Source: Alienimonas californiensis (GTDB lineage: Bacteria > Planctomycetota > Planctomycetia > Planctomycetales > Planctomycetaceae). From it: 64,000 nt of DNA. The stretch is from positions 4,149,059 through 4,213,058 of the forward strand of contig NZ_CP036265.1 in NCBI RefSeq assembly GCF_007743815.1, read 5' to 3'. The notes below the pieces were generated by a model. That model made no database searches. It was not told the origin of the DNA and was given only the letters and a program-made list of their open reading frames with translations. Position 1 is the stretch's first letter, and each line of letters opens with the position of its first letter. Of the stretch, positions 49,901 to 59,397 are shown in pieces. A program made the translations under genes and the position numbers.

Positions 49901-50681
49901 CTTCAAAGGTGAGTTCGTCGCCGGCCTCCCGCAGCACCACGGGCGCCCCGACGGCCCGGCTGTCGTCGGTCGTGTAGGTGACGAGCACCTCCTTCGGGAT
50001 CTCCCCGCCGACCACCGCGGTGACGGTCAGCATCTCGCCGGCCAACACGTTGGCGTTGCCGGGCTCGACCCGCAGCAGACGGGTGCGGGTGACCGGGGCG
50101 ATAGGGGCACTTGGCAGCAGGGCCCGAGCTAGGGAATCGCCGATCGCCTTCGGGCTGAGCAGCGCGTAGCCGCAGGCGAACACCACCAGCACGAGCAGGG
50201 CGGTGGAAAACCGAATCAGCGCGCGGCGGTCGACGGCGTCGTCCACGTCCGTCTTCTGCAACGCCGCGGCGGCCCGCTTCTGCATGGCGGAGCGGACCTG
50301 CCCGTTCGCCCCGCCGGGGCCGTCGAGGAGGTTCATCAAACCGCCGCGGAGCGTGGGGTCGTGCCGTTCGATCTGATCGGCGGCGTACAGCCGGTTGATG
50401 CGTCGCATCGCCGGCCGCACCACCTTGAAGCCCAGCCAAACGGCCGCCGCCAGCGCGACGGCGCCCAGCAGCAGACCGCGCATCAGCGGGCTGAACCCGC
50501 CGGGGATCACCCAGTGATCCAGCACGACAAACGCGCTGAGGTAAGCCAGCACGAGCACCGCCAGGCCCACCGCCGCCGTCAGCAGATCCGCCCAGCGAAT
50601 GCCGGTGCGGGCTTTGTCGACCTGGGCCTCGATGAACTCATCGAAGGTCAGGTACTGCCGGGACGGGGCGTCGGCGCTCAT
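46911..50681 (-). CDS. Large membrane-anchored protein with N-terminal TM helices, Ig-like/beta-rich central region and about 650 aa of acidic Gly/Pro/Gln/Glu low-complexity repeats (possibly DUF4175-like); last gene of the ApbE/BatA-like/vWA operon
   Basis: N-terminal TMs (LLTAAVGLAVLVLAYLSAFVVL, LLLGAVALAAAVWLGF, LIRFSTALLVLVVFACGYALL). Repeat blocks GEQGEGEQ x8 and QPGQGNQ/QPGQGQQ x10 encoded by 18-nt tandem DNA repeats. Conserved non-repetitive C-terminal about 120 aa. Confidence 0.65.
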   Translation of the reverse strand: MSADAPSRQYLTFDEFIEAQVDKARTGIRWADLLTAAVGLAVLVLAYLSAFVVLDHWVIPGGFSPLMRGLLLGAVALAAAVWLGFKVVRPAMRRINRLYAADQIERHDPTLRGGLMNLLDGPGGANGQVRSAMQKRAAAALQKTDVDDAVDRRALIRFSTALLVLVVFACGYALLSPKAIGDSLARALLPSAPIAPVTRTRLLRVEPGNANVLAGEMLTVTAVVGGEIPKEVLVTYTTDDSRAVGAPVVLREAGDELTFEGVIAGPEGRGLTGPLTYTVTAGDAEAGPFRVTVSPAPHAELQSVSLTFPEYTRLEPFTQSTGAVDAVEGTVATFTATAALPVKRATLAFADDAAFDAPDERATMTVSEDGKTLTGAWTLTRRRDGSAPAFYRIEVTDAEGFKDPRPTVHPITVRPDEAPEVTLLDPEGDITRPANATVPLKITARDPDFRLSSLALRREKNGQPTAMEIPLWEGSERAVSLTHDWDLTDEQVEAGDVLTYWIEALDNQTPLFNHRNTPRLTITITEPVSEEQAEEQLKQDRERQAEQERQDRPENADENEPPKPGEEQEQEPGEQGEGEQGEGEQGEGEQGEGEQGEGEQGEGEQGEGEQGAEGEAGENGEGEGENQMGAAGENGAEGNAEGDQNADAQPGGDRSGEQGDSAGERVRADGSEDDKALEKMLEQLGKEPQDGQPQPGERQPGEEGGQQPQPGERPEAGEDSAGEDRGENQPGAGDSPRGQQPSGEREADGNAPSPAEERGEQEAGGGMNEPGDQPENERGAGPGGESAPGGSAGDEAPNEMGAGADQNGPAGENRDAGNPTAEGADPNAGDPGAPGEQRPAGDQPRGDNPNADPADGAGEQGADRTAGDPADAADAAPGEGAPPSGTDPGEPAGEMNQPPSGNPPPGDPAGNQNAPGEPGGSEQPGERQPGQPQPGQPQPGERRPGEPQPGEGTDSGEEPNERSMQDGERQPTDPPEGGPPEGERSEDGMPGGQQPGGEQPGEGDQPGGNEPGQGEQPGPGEQPGQGNQPGQGNQPGQGNQPGQGNQPGQGQQPGQGQQPGQGQQPGQGQQPGQGQQPGAGEQPGQGAQPGEGAGAGSGGNGGGSPNGGPNGANPSDGSSVDTPVDEANRDYARRATSLALDKLRDQLDRGEVDPELLKELGWTEDQMRRFADRLGERLNAPQQPADPREAARQKQFDALLESLGNRRRNAQALREGSQIEGTDQGEIGPRDLPVPPEFEDLYQTYRRSISRSGGGD
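47455..47625. repeat. 18-nt tandem repeats (ctgaccgggctgctggcc x5 then ctgacccggttggttgcc x4) inside the large gene, encoding the QPGQGQ/QPGQGN repeats
   Basis: Direct reading of sequence lines 47461-47620. Confidence 0.85.
48851..48965. repeat. 18-nt tandem repeat (gccctgctcgccctcgcc, about 6.5 copies) inside the large gene, encoding GEQGEGEQ repeats
   Basis: Direct reading of sequence lines 48841-48965. Confidence 0.85.
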
Positions 50682-50777
50682 GAAACACTCTTCGGTCGGG
50701 AACGACTTATCTTATCGGTCCCGTCGACCGCGGGGGCGTTAAACTCCCGAACGACCGGCGCCTTCCGGTCGACAGGC

Positions 50778-53225
50778 TCAGACCAACCCCCGCTTTTTGC
50801 GGAGGTACCACTCCGTGCCCATCAGGCCGACGAAGAGCAGCGGGACCCACCACTGGTCGTACAGCGGGGTGCGGGCGACGACGGTGCTCTCGGCGGCGGC
50901 GGGCGGTTCCTCGGCCCAGCGGGCGAGGAAGGCGGGCAGTTCCTCCGGCGGCACGACGCTGCCGCCGGTCATTCGGGCCAGATCCGCCAGCAGGGCCGGG
51001 TCGGCGGCGGGGTTGTCCAGTTCCAAGTCCCGCGGATCGACGATGAACCGAGTCACGGCGTCCGGCCCCAGCAGCGCGCCCGCTCCGTCGCCGGAGGCGG
51101 CGGTCGCCCGCACCCGCACCCAGTAGTCGCCGGGGACGTCGGTGTCGGCGGCGTCGGCCCGGAACTGCCCCGGGGAGGCCGGACCGGCGGCGCGGGGGGA
51201 GAGCATGGAGACCTCGCCGTCCGGGGCGGTCACCTCGACGGTGAACTGGGCGTCCTCCACCGGGTTCCCCTCCGCGTCGCGGGCGCCGAACCGCAACCGG
51301 GCCGGGCGGCCGGGCACGACGTTCCGGGGTTCGGCGACGACGAAGACCGGGCCGTCGGTGTCCTGTTCCTTCCGCGTCAGCCAGAGCACGACCTGCCGCC
51401 AGAACCGGGCGTGCTCCGCCTCGAAGCCGGAGAGCGGCCACAGCCAGGTGGTGTCCCCCGCGAAGGCCAGCACGCGACTGCGGCCGTACTCGGAGGCGAT
51501 CAGCAGCGGCACGTCGTCCGGCCCGACGGCCAGCACGTCCGCGGGCACGTTTCGCTTCAGTTCCAGCCGGTTCGCCCCCTCGAGCGGCGGCAGGTTCCGC
51601 CAGACGTCGGCGTTCGCTTGGGGGTCGGCGAGCAGCATGACGTAACTCTGGGCGCCCTGCCGGGTGGGGGTCATCGGGACTTCGCCGGCGATCTGGGTGC
51701 GGGGGTCGAAGTCGTCGACGGCCCCGCCGCGGGGCAGCTCGACCGGCAACACGTTCCGCAGCGCCGTACGGTCCCAGCCGCCGGGGCCGAAGCTGTTCAG
51801 GCCGCCAGTCATCATGAGACCGGCGCCGTCCTCCACCCGGGCGGCGAGGTTGTCGAGGAAGTCGACGTTCCCCTCCTGAAAGGCCTCCGCCGCCACGTCG
51901 CCGATGATGAAGGCGTCGTACCGGCCGGGCTCGAACAGGGCCGCTTCCAACCGCAGGCCCGGCGAGAGGGCGTTCGGGTTCGCCGGCAGTTCGACGTAGT
52001 CGAGCTGAATCTTGTTGGACAGGTTCACCCGCCGCAGGGCGTTCACCTCCGGCCGCAGGCGGTCGAAGTACAGCACGCGGATGCCGCCCTTGCGGACGCT
52101 GAGCACGGTGGCCCGCTGGTTGTTCGTCTGCTTGAGTTCGCCCTCGACCGGCTCGATCTGCAGGGCGAGCTTCATCTCCCCAGCGATCTGCGGGACGAAG
52201 GTGAGTTCGATCGGGATCTCCTCGCTGCCGGTCGTGGGGCGGACGACGACCACGGGGCGGGCGTCGGCGGCGGGTTCGACCGGAGCCAGTTGCGTCTCGT
52301 CGCCGGGGCCGCGGGCGGGGGGGGATTCAGTCAGCAGACGAACGGTGAACTCGCGGCCGGCGCCGCCGACGATCCGCACCACGCCGGAGACCGGCACGAG
52401 TTTCTTCTCGAAGACGACGGGATCGACCCGCAGGTCCTCCACGGAGAGGTCCAGCCCCGCGGTGGGCGCCCCGTCGCTGCCGAACGGCACCCCGAAGATC
52501 CGCACGCCGGACTCCGCCAGCAGGGCGCCGGCGGCCCGGGGGTCGGCGTCGTCCGGCGGCAGGGCCCGCTGGGCGCCGTCGGTCAGCAGCACCACGCTGC
52601 TGAGGTCCACGCCGGTCCGCACCAGTTCCCCCAGCACCACCCCCAACGCCGTGCGGTCGCCGGTCGGTTCCTCCGGCAGCGCGGCCAGCGGGTCCGGCGA
52701 TTCGCCCTCGGCCGCGGCGTTCTCGGGCTCCGGCGGCGGGTTGCGGGCGGCGTCGAAGGTGGCGACGAGCACCTCCAGATCCTCGCCCAGCTCCGCCAGC
52801 GCCGGGGCGGAGGCCGCCAGCACGGAGCGCATCGATTCGAACCGCGTCGCCCCGCCGGGTTCGTCAGCGATGGTCATGCTGCGCGAGACGTCCGCCAGCA
52901 CCAGGATCGCGGGGCGTTCCGTTTCGGTCTCCTCCCGCCGCAGTTCCGGGCGGAGCAGGGCGAGCGTGAGCAGCGCCGCCCCCGCCAGTCGCAGGCCCAG
53001 CAGCGTCCGCCGCACGCCCGGCGAGAGGTGCCGCACCCGCGGCGGGTAGGTCCACAACACCAGCCCGACCAGCGCCGCCCCGCAGAGCAGCGTCAGCGTG
53101 AGGGACCAGGCGGGGTTGAGGGCCAGGGACAGCGGAGCGTGGCTCGAAAAGATTGAGGCGAGCGTGGGGGCGTCAGCCCCCCGTGGACGCGACCGCGGGA
53201 GCGGGCGCGGGGGCGGATTGTTCAC
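50778..53225 (-). CDS. von Willebrand factor A domain membrane protein (BatA/BatB-like) with C-terminal class-I glutamine-amidotransferase-like region
   Basis: N-terminal TMs; vWA MIDAS motif ILVLADVSRSM. Start uncertain: the track start at 53225 overlaps the upstream gene by 53 nt and runs through a family-1 repeat (RGADAPTLAS). Confidence 0.65.
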   Translation of the reverse strand: MNNPPPRPLPRSRPRGADAPTLASIFSSHAPLSLALNPAWSLTLTLLCGAALVGLVLWTYPPRVRHLSPGVRRTLLGLRLAGAALLTLALLRPELRREETETERPAILVLADVSRSMTIADEPGGATRFESMRSVLAASAPALAELGEDLEVLVATFDAARNPPPEPENAAAEGESPDPLAALPEEPTGDRTALGVVLGELVRTGVDLSSVVLLTDGAQRALPPDDADPRAAGALLAESGVRIFGVPFGSDGAPTAGLDLSVEDLRVDPVVFEKKLVPVSGVVRIVGGAGREFTVRLLTESPPARGPGDETQLAPVEPAADARPVVVVRPTTGSEEIPIELTFVPQIAGEMKLALQIEPVEGELKQTNNQRATVLSVRKGGIRVLYFDRLRPEVNALRRVNLSNKIQLDYVELPANPNALSPGLRLEAALFEPGRYDAFIIGDVAAEAFQEGNVDFLDNLAARVEDGAGLMMTGGLNSFGPGGWDRTALRNVLPVELPRGGAVDDFDPRTQIAGEVPMTPTRQGAQSYVMLLADPQANADVWRNLPPLEGANRLELKRNVPADVLAVGPDDVPLLIASEYGRSRVLAFAGDTTWLWPLSGFEAEHARFWRQVVLWLTRKEQDTDGPVFVVAEPRNVVPGRPARLRFGARDAEGNPVEDAQFTVEVTAPDGEVSMLSPRAAGPASPGQFRADAADTDVPGDYWVRVRATAASGDGAGALLGPDAVTRFIVDPRDLELDNPAADPALLADLARMTGGSVVPPEELPAFLARWAEEPPAAAESTVVARTPLYDQWWVPLLFVGLMGTEWYLRKKRGLV
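53157..53185. repeat. Family-1 palindromic element (ggcgagcgtgggggcgtcagccccccgtg); its loop TGA is the stop codon of the upstream BatA-like gene
   Basis: Minus strand reads ...GTC GCG TCC ACG GGG GGC TGA = ...VASTGG*. Confidence 0.75.
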
Positions 53226-55731
53226 TTTCGTAGAAGCGATTACCCACGATCAGCTCCCCGGCGAACACGGCCATCAACAGGGCGAGCAAATAGGGGAACA
53301 TCTCCTCGCCCAGCCGGCCGCGGACGGTGGTGAGGTCCAGCTCCTCCGCGGTGCGGCTGAGCGTGTAGCGGCCCTCGCCGAGGCGGGCGTCGAGTTCGTC
53401 CGTGGTGATCGCGGTCAGGTCGCTCTCCTCCTCCGGCAGGTTCACGCTGAAGGCGCCCAGCAGGGCGGGGCCGGCGGCGTTGCGGCCTTGGGCGGTGGGG
53501 CCGTCGGGGGCCTGCGGGCGGGCGATGGAGTACCGCCCGGGGGCGTCGGCGCCGGTGACGGCGACCTGGTCGGCGTCCGCGGGGATGGACAACCGCCGCT
53601 GGGACAGGTCCGGCCGCCGCAGCACCGCCGGCACGTCGGCCCCGCCCTCCGCCGCGTCCGTGCCGGTGACCGGGACGACCAACGTATCGGCGGCGCGGAA
53701 GTTGAACTGCTGTTCGCTCCGGCCGCTGAGGTGCCGGGTGAGGAACTTCACGAAGGCCAGGTAGCTCCAGCCGGCGTCCGGCAGGTCGCTCCAGTCCCCG
53801 TCGTCGACGATCAACGCCGTGGTGAACAGCGCGACACGGCCGGCGCCCACGCTGTGGGTCAGCAGGGCCGGCGGGCGCTTTTGCGGGTCGGTGAGAACGG
53901 CGGGCACGGCGACCTCCGGCTTCGGTTCCACGACGAAGTACCGCCGCACGTCCCGGCTCTCTAGCGCCCCGGTCCCGCCCAGCGGATCGAACGGGGCGAA
54001 GACCGGATGGTTCGGGTCGGAAACGATCATCCGCTCCGGCACGCCGAAGCCGAGCGGACCGACCAGCTCCGCCGGCATCCACTCCGCCGCCGGGCCGACG
54101 TTATAGGCCAGCACGTCCGCCCCGCTGCCCAGCACGACCCCCAGACCCCCGCCGGCCTTGGCGAAGGCGCCGAGCTTCGCCATGCCCGCGGCGTCCGGCG
54201 CACGGGCGTTCAACAGGTAGATCACGTCGAAGGCAGCCGTGTCCAACGCCGCCAAGTCGCCGGTGCGGACGGTCGTGACGACGGCGGGCTTGCGGTCTGC
54301 CGGCAGCAGGCTGGGGGCGAGAGCCTCGCTGAACGCCCGGGCGTCCGACAGACGATCCGACACCACCGCCACCCTCAGGGGGCTTTCGGCCCGGATCGTG
54401 AAGGTGCGGCGGTCGTCGAAGGCCAGCGGGTCGGAGCCGGTCAGAGCGAGTTCCCCCTCGACCGCCCCGGCAGCGTCGATCGGCACGGAGAACGACACCT
54501 CCGCCGCCCCGCCCGGCGGCAGGGTGACCGACTGCCGCCCGCGAGCCGCCAACTCCTCGCCGACGCCGCCGGTTCGCAGTTCGACCTCGATCGGGAGCGG
54601 ACCGCGGTCCTCGATCTGCCCGTCGGAATCGGCAAAGAGCGGAGCCCGGGAGACGCCGGCCCGCACCGTGACCGTGCCGCCGACCGGGCCGCTCTGCCGC
54701 GACGGGCGGGGCACGCCGAGCGCGACGTTCTCCGGCCCCTCGACCCCCACGTCCACCAGGAAGGCCTGCACCCGCTCCCGGGCGGCCAGCGTGTTCGCCA
54801 ACTCACTGCGTCCGCCCGGTCCCCAGGCGCTGCGGGCCAGATCGGTGAAGACGTAAACGGCCCGGACGTAGGCGTCGGCGTCCTCGTTGTCGGCAGACGG
54901 GTCGCCCAATCCCAGCTCAGCGGCGACCTGCTGCCGATCGCGTTCGTGCAGGTCGATCGCGGCGGCGAGGCGGCCGTCCAGCGGCACGGTCACGGGGCGG
55001 ACCTCAAGCTGCTGCATGCGGGTCTTCGCTCCGAACAGATCCGGGGCGAAGCGCGGGGCCTCGCCGGGGGCGGTCGTCATGACCGCCAGCTTGCTGCCGG
55101 GGGGGAAGCCGTCGGCGTGTTCCGCGGCGAGGTCCAGGGCCGCTTCCAAACGGTTCTCCCCGGCTCGCACCAGCCCCATGCTGGAAGAGGTGTCGAAGAG
55201 GAACACCGCGGCGACCGGCTGATCTTCCGTCACCGCCTGCACGGGGGCCCGCACCTCCGCGGCGACCCGCCGGCCGTACGGCCAGAGCACCAGCAACGCG
55301 GCCAGCAGGAACGCCCCCGCGGTGGAGCCCGCCCGCAACAGCGTGCGGCGGTACAGCAGATCGTGCCGGGCCAGATCCCCCCGCCGCTGCTGGGACCGCC
55401 AGCGGGCCAGCAGGATCTGATAGGCAATCAGAACCGCAGCGACGACGGCCGCCAGCGTGATCCACTCCGCGGTGGTGAAGCTGTAGTTCGCCGCCGGCAG
55501 GCTCGGCCGCACCACGGCGAGTACCAGCAACACGATCGCCAGAACCCGGAGCAGCAGGAGCCAGAGATGCCGCAGTTTGAGCCGGCGACTGTTCGACTTC
55601 CGCCGATCGCGGATCAGCCGCAGGGCCGGGAAGGGGAACTTCTTCGGCTTCGGCTTGAGCAGAAAGTGCAGCGCCACCGGCACCGCGGCGAGGCCCAGCA
55701 GGGCGAGCAGTCCGGGGTGGAGGAGGGACAC
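53173..55731 (-). CDS. BatA-like membrane protein (aerotolerance-regulator N-terminal double-TM domain plus vWA-like domain)
   Basis: N-terminal MSLLHPGLLALLGLAAVPVALHFLLKP is typical of BatA_N. Second TM pair. DxSxS-like motif AVFLFDTSSSM. GTG start at 55731. The stop is donated by the family-1 repeat. Confidence 0.7.
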   Translation of the reverse strand: MSLLHPGLLALLGLAAVPVALHFLLKPKPKKFPFPALRLIRDRRKSNSRRLKLRHLWLLLLRVLAIVLLVLAVVRPSLPAANYSFTTAEWITLAAVVAAVLIAYQILLARWRSQQRRGDLARHDLLYRRTLLRAGSTAGAFLLAALLVLWPYGRRVAAEVRAPVQAVTEDQPVAAVFLFDTSSSMGLVRAGENRLEAALDLAAEHADGFPPGSKLAVMTTAPGEAPRFAPDLFGAKTRMQQLEVRPVTVPLDGRLAAAIDLHERDRQQVAAELGLGDPSADNEDADAYVRAVYVFTDLARSAWGPGGRSELANTLAARERVQAFLVDVGVEGPENVALGVPRPSRQSGPVGGTVTVRAGVSRAPLFADSDGQIEDRGPLPIEVELRTGGVGEELAARGRQSVTLPPGGAAEVSFSVPIDAAGAVEGELALTGSDPLAFDDRRTFTIRAESPLRVAVVSDRLSDARAFSEALAPSLLPADRKPAVVTTVRTGDLAALDTAAFDVIYLLNARAPDAAGMAKLGAFAKAGGGLGVVLGSGADVLAYNVGPAAEWMPAELVGPLGFGVPERMIVSDPNHPVFAPFDPLGGTGALESRDVRRYFVVEPKPEVAVPAVLTDPQKRPPALLTHSVGAGRVALFTTALIVDDGDWSDLPDAGWSYLAFVKFLTRHLSGRSEQQFNFRAADTLVVPVTGTDAAEGGADVPAVLRRPDLSQRRLSIPADADQVAVTGADAPGRYSIARPQAPDGPTAQGRNAAGPALLGAFSVNLPEEESDLTAITTDELDARLGEGRYTLSRTAEELDLTTVRGRLGEEMFPYLLALLMAVFAGELIVGNRFYESEQSAPAPAPAVASTGG

Positions 55732-55763
55732 GGCGTGAGTTTAGTCAACCGCGTGCGCGCCGC

Positions 55764-56789
55764 CTATCGGCGACGGCCGGGGTCTCCCAGTGACAGGGGG
55801 AACGCGTGAGAGTCCGTCGTCCCCGCCTCGTTCGTCGCACGCCCCTCCACGTTGGGCGTGCGGTTCAGCAGAGCGACGCCGGCTTCTGGCCCCAGCACGC
55901 TGACGGCGGAGGCGTACGCGTCCGCCGTCATGCCGTTCGGGCCGATCACGGTCACGGTGGAGCGGTCGGTCAGGCCCAAGCCGGTGCGGGGGTCGACGAG
56001 GTGCGAATAGCGGACGCCGTCGATTTCCGTGTGCTTGAAGGCGTCGCCGCTGGTGGCGACGGCAGCGTGGGCGAGCGTGAGGAACTCCGTCGGCGGGGCG
56101 TCGGCGTCCCGCGGGTCCGGCAGGCCGATCGCCCAACCCGCTTCGCCGGGGGGCGGATCGCCGGCGAGCAGATCGCCGCCGGCGTCGATCAGGAACCGCG
56201 TGATCCCCTGTTCCCGCAGCACGCGGCCGGCCTCGTCGGCGGCGTAGCCCTTAGCGATCCCGCCGAGGTCCAGCCGCACGCCGGGCTTGTGGATCGTGAC
56301 CGTGCCGGCTGCGTTGTCGACCGTCACCGCCTGCCAGTCGACCCGCTCCCGCAGGGCCGCCAGTTCCTCCGGCGGGGGCAGTTCGCCGGTGCGGCGGACC
56401 CGGCGCCACCGCTTCACCAGCGGACCGACCGTCACGTCGAACGCCCCGCCGGACGCCGCGGAGACCTCCCGCGCCCGCGAGAGCGCCCGCCGCAGGTCAG
56501 ATGAGGCTGGAACCGGCGTACCTGCGACGTAATTGTCGCACAATCGGTTCAGTTCGCTCGCGTCATGATAGTCGGACAGGGCGGCGGTCAGTTCCTTGAC
56601 GCTGCGGCCGGCGTCGCGGCAGGCGTTCTTTGCGGCCCCTTCGGACCGTGCGTAGCATGTGAACACAAACGGCGAGCCCATCTGGACCTGCTCCACACGC
56701 ACCCGGCTCCAGGTCGGGGCCGTGGCCTCGCCCGCCGGTTCCTCGATCAGCCCTGCCGCCACGACCGCCGTCAGAATGAAACTGCCCAT
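55764..56789 (-). CDS. apbE: FAD:protein FMN transferase (ApbE family)
   Basis: MGSPFVFT..., [28 protein letters not shown] and DPRTGLG are ApbE hallmarks. Confidence 0.85.
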   Translation of the reverse strand: MGSFILTAVVAAGLIEEPAGEATAPTWSRVRVEQVQMGSPFVFTCYARSEGAAKNACRDAGRSVKELTAALSDYHDASELNRLCDNYVAGTPVPASSDLRRALSRAREVSAASGGAFDVTVGPLVKRWRRVRRTGELPPPEELAALRERVDWQAVTVDNAAGTVTIHKPGVRLDLGGIAKGYAADEAGRVLREQGITRFLIDAGGDLLAGDPPPGEAGWAIGLPDPRDADAPPTEFLTLAHAAVATSGDAFKHTEIDGVRYSHLVDPRTGLGLTDRSTVTVIGPNGMTADAYASAVSVLGPEAGVALLNRTPNVEGRATNEAGTTDSHAFPLSLGDPGRRR

Positions 56790-57909
56790 GCGTCCGCTCG
56801 CTTTTGGATTGCTCGCTGCATCGTACGCCCTCAGTCAGGGCGCCGTCGCGGTGGCTCAGGAGGAAACGGGGGACGGCGCCCCCCCGGTCGTCGCGGACAT
56901 GCCCAAGACCGCGGAGCCGGGCGAGTACGCCCAGACCGCGGCGGAGATGAAGGCTTACACCGAGGAGATCGGCGGCACCGACCTCACCTTTAAGATGGTC
57001 CCGATCCCCGGCGGCGAGTTCACCATCGGCTCGCCGGAGGACGAGGAGGGCCGCGGCGAGGGCGAGGGGCCGCAGCGGCGGGTCTCCGTCAGTCCGTTCT
57101 GGATGGCGGATAAAGAGGTGACCTGGGACGAGTACGAGGTCTTCCTGCTCAAGCGGGACGAACAGCGCCGCAAGCTCGCCGGGATCAAGCCCAGCCAGTA
57201 CGACCTGAAGGCCGACGCCGTCACCCGCCCAACCAAGGCCTACACGGACATGACCTTCGACATGGGCCACGACGGCTTCCCGGCGATCTGCATGACGCAC
57301 CTGTCGGCGAAGATGTACTGCAAGTGGCTCTCCGAAAAGACCGGCCACTTCTACCGCCTGCCGACCGAAGCCGAGTGGGAGTTCGCCGCCCGGGCCGGCA
57401 GCCAGACCGCCTACCACTTCGGCGACGACGCCGAAAAGCTCGACGAGTACGCGTGGAGCGACGACAACGCGGAGTGGACCTACCACCCGGTCGGCATGAA
57501 GAAGCCGAACGCCTTCGGCCTGTACGACATGCACGGCAACGTCAACGAATGGACGCTGGACCAGTACGACCCGAACTTCTACGCCACCTTCCCCGCCGAC
57601 AAGGTGACGAAGGATCCGTACAACATTCCCAAGACGATCTACCCCCGCACCGTCCGCGGGGGTTCCTGGGATCAGTACCCGGAGGAACTGCGGTCGGCCG
57701 CCCGGATGCCCAGCACCAACGACTGGAAGAGCGACGACCCGCAGATTCCGCAGTCGATCTGGTGGATGACGAACTCCACGCACGTCGGCTTCCGCGTCAT
57801 GCGGCCGCTGCACGAACCGACCGAGGAGGAAAAGCTCGCCCAGCAACTGATCCCGCGGCCCGAGGACGTGCCGGAATGGGGTCTGCGTGAAGGCTTTATC
57901 GACGACTAA
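56776..57909 (+). CDS. Formylglycine-generating enzyme family protein (SUMF1/FGE-sulfatase domain) with signal peptide
   Basis: Signal peptide [30 protein letters not shown]-domain motifs [36 protein letters not shown]-type (RTVRGGSWD). Start at 56776 (or 56788) diverges from, and slightly overlaps, the apbE start. Confidence 0.85.
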   Translation: MKLPMRPLAFGLLAASYALSQGAVAVAQEETGDGAPPVVADMPKTAEPGEYAQTAAEMKAYTEEIGGTDLTFKMVPIPGGEFTIGSPEDEEGRGEGEGPQRRVSVSPFWMADKEVTWDEYEVFLLKRDEQRRKLAGIKPSQYDLKADAVTRPTKAYTDMTFDMGHDGFPAICMTHLSAKMYCKWLSEKTGHFYRLPTEAEWEFAARAGSQTAYHFGDDAEKLDEYAWSDDNAEWTYHPVGMKKPNAFGLYDMHGNVNEWTLDQYDPNFYATFPADKVTKDPYNIPKTIYPRTVRGGSWDQYPEELRSAARMPSTNDWKSDDPQIPQSIWWMTNSTHVGFRVMRPLHEPTEEEKLAQQLIPRPEDVPEWGLREGFIDD

Positions 57910-58006
57910 GCCCTCGTCGCTTCGGACGCATCGGCCGACGCATTTGCGACGGCCGGCGCCTCCTCGTTACGCTCGCCCTGTTCGCCCGTTCCTTCGGAAT
58001 CTTCTT

Positions 58007-59392
58007 ATGTCGACCCCCCGTCGTTCCTTTCTGAAAACGACCGCCGCCGCCAGTGCCGCCGCGTCGCTCACCGCCGCCGCGGCGCCGGCCGCCAAGCTGC
58101 GGGCCGCCCACCAGGAAGACGTGATCCGCGTCGGCGTGATCGGTTGCGGCGGGCGGGGCAGCGGCGCCGTCGGCGACGCGATCAACGCGGCCCGCGAAGC
58201 CGGCACCTCGCCGGTGAAGCTCGTCGCGATGGCCGACGTCTTCGAGGATCACGTCAAGGGCAAGCACGACGCCCTGAAGCGGCAGTTCGGCGAGCAGATC
58301 GACGTGCCGGAAGACGCCCGGTACGTGGGCTTCGACGCCTACAAGAAGGTGCTGGAGCACGACCTCGACTACGTGATCATCGCCACGCCCCCGGGCTTCC
58401 GGCCGGATCACTTCGCCGCCGCGGTGGAGAAGGGCGTCCACATCTTCTGCGAAAAGCCCGTCGCCACGGACGCCCCGGGCGTTCGCAAGTTCCTCGCCGC
58501 GGTTGAGAAGTCCAAGGAAAAGAGCCTGAAGGTCGGCGTCGGTCTCCAGCGCCACCACCAGGGCAACTACCTCGCCATCGCGGACCAGATTCGCGACGGG
58601 GCGATCGGCGACATCATCGCCATGAAGGTGTACTGGAACGGCGGCGGCGTCTGGGATCCCCGCAAGTCGCGGGACCAGGTCTCCGGCGAAATGGAGTACC
58701 AGATGCGCAACTGGTACTACTACTGTTGGCTCTGCGGCGACCAGATCGTCGAGCAGCACATCCACAACCTGGACGTCGGCAACTGGTGGGCCGGCATCAA
58801 GGCCAACGGCAGCGACCCCGTCTTCCCCGTCGTCTGCCGCGGCATGGGCGGACGCGAGGTCCGGACCGACAAGAAGTACGGCAACATCTTCGATCACACC
58901 GCCTGCCAGTACGAATACGCCGACGGCACGCAGATGATCTCCGAAGGCCGGCACCAGCCCGGTTGCTGGAACAGCGTTTCCGAGATCGCCCACGGCACCA
59001 AGGGCAACGTCAGCACGCAGGGCCGGACCCGCATCTATCACATGGAGAAGAAGGACGACGGCTCCTACGCGGAGAAAATCGACTGGGCCTACCGCGGCCG
59101 CAACGACAAGAGCCCCTACGTCCAGGAGCACATCGACCTCCAGGCCGCCATGCGGGACGGCAACGACTACAACGAGGGCTACTACGGCGGCATGTCCACG
59201 ATGACGGCGATCCTCGGCCGGATGGCCTGCTACTCCGGCAAGGAACTGACGATGGACGACGCCCTCAAGAACGGCCGCCAGCTGTTCCCGTACGACCAGG
59301 AACTCTCCTGGGACGCCAAACCGCCGGTCCTGCCTGGCGAAGACGGCGCCTACGAGGTGCCCACCCCGGGCGTCACCAACGTGCTGAGCTAA
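58007..59392 (+). CDS. Gfo/Idh/MocA family oxidoreductase with twin-arginine (Tat) signal peptide
   Basis: Tat motif TPRRSFLKTTAAASAAASL. Rossmann start IRVGVIGCGGRGSG and the IFCEKP motif. Start ATG at about 58007 (+/- 2 nt); the upstream 40 codons of the track ORF are rejected. Confidence 0.85.
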   Translation: MSTPRRSFLKTTAAASAAASLTAAAAPAAKLRAAHQEDVIRVGVIGCGGRGSGAVGDAINAAREAGTSPVKLVAMADVFEDHVKGKHDALKRQFGEQIDVPEDARYVGFDAYKKVLEHDLDYVIIATPPGFRPDHFAAAVEKGVHIFCEKPVATDAPGVRKFLAAVEKSKEKSLKVGVGLQRHHQGNYLAIADQIRDGAIGDIIAMKVYWNGGGVWDPRKSRDQVSGEMEYQMRNWYYYCWLCGDQIVEQHIHNLDVGNWWAGIKANGSDPVFPVVCRGMGGREVRTDKKYGNIFDHTACQYEYADGTQMISEGRHQPGCWNSVSEIAHGTKGNVSTQGRTRIYHMEKKDDGSYAEKIDWAYRGRNDKSPYVQEHIDLQAAMRDGNDYNEGYYGGMSTMTAILGRMACYSGKELTMDDALKNGRQLFPYDQELSWDAKPPVLPGEDGAYEVPTPGVTNVLS

Positions 59393-59397
59393 CGCCG

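Noticed and set aside
47768-55809. ORFs 47768..48685(+), 48171..50132(+), 50361..53156(+), 54007..55809(+), 53240..54082(-), 52012..53049(+)
   Set aside because: Antisense or frame artefacts across the large minus-strand membrane-protein operon; Arg/Gly-rich.
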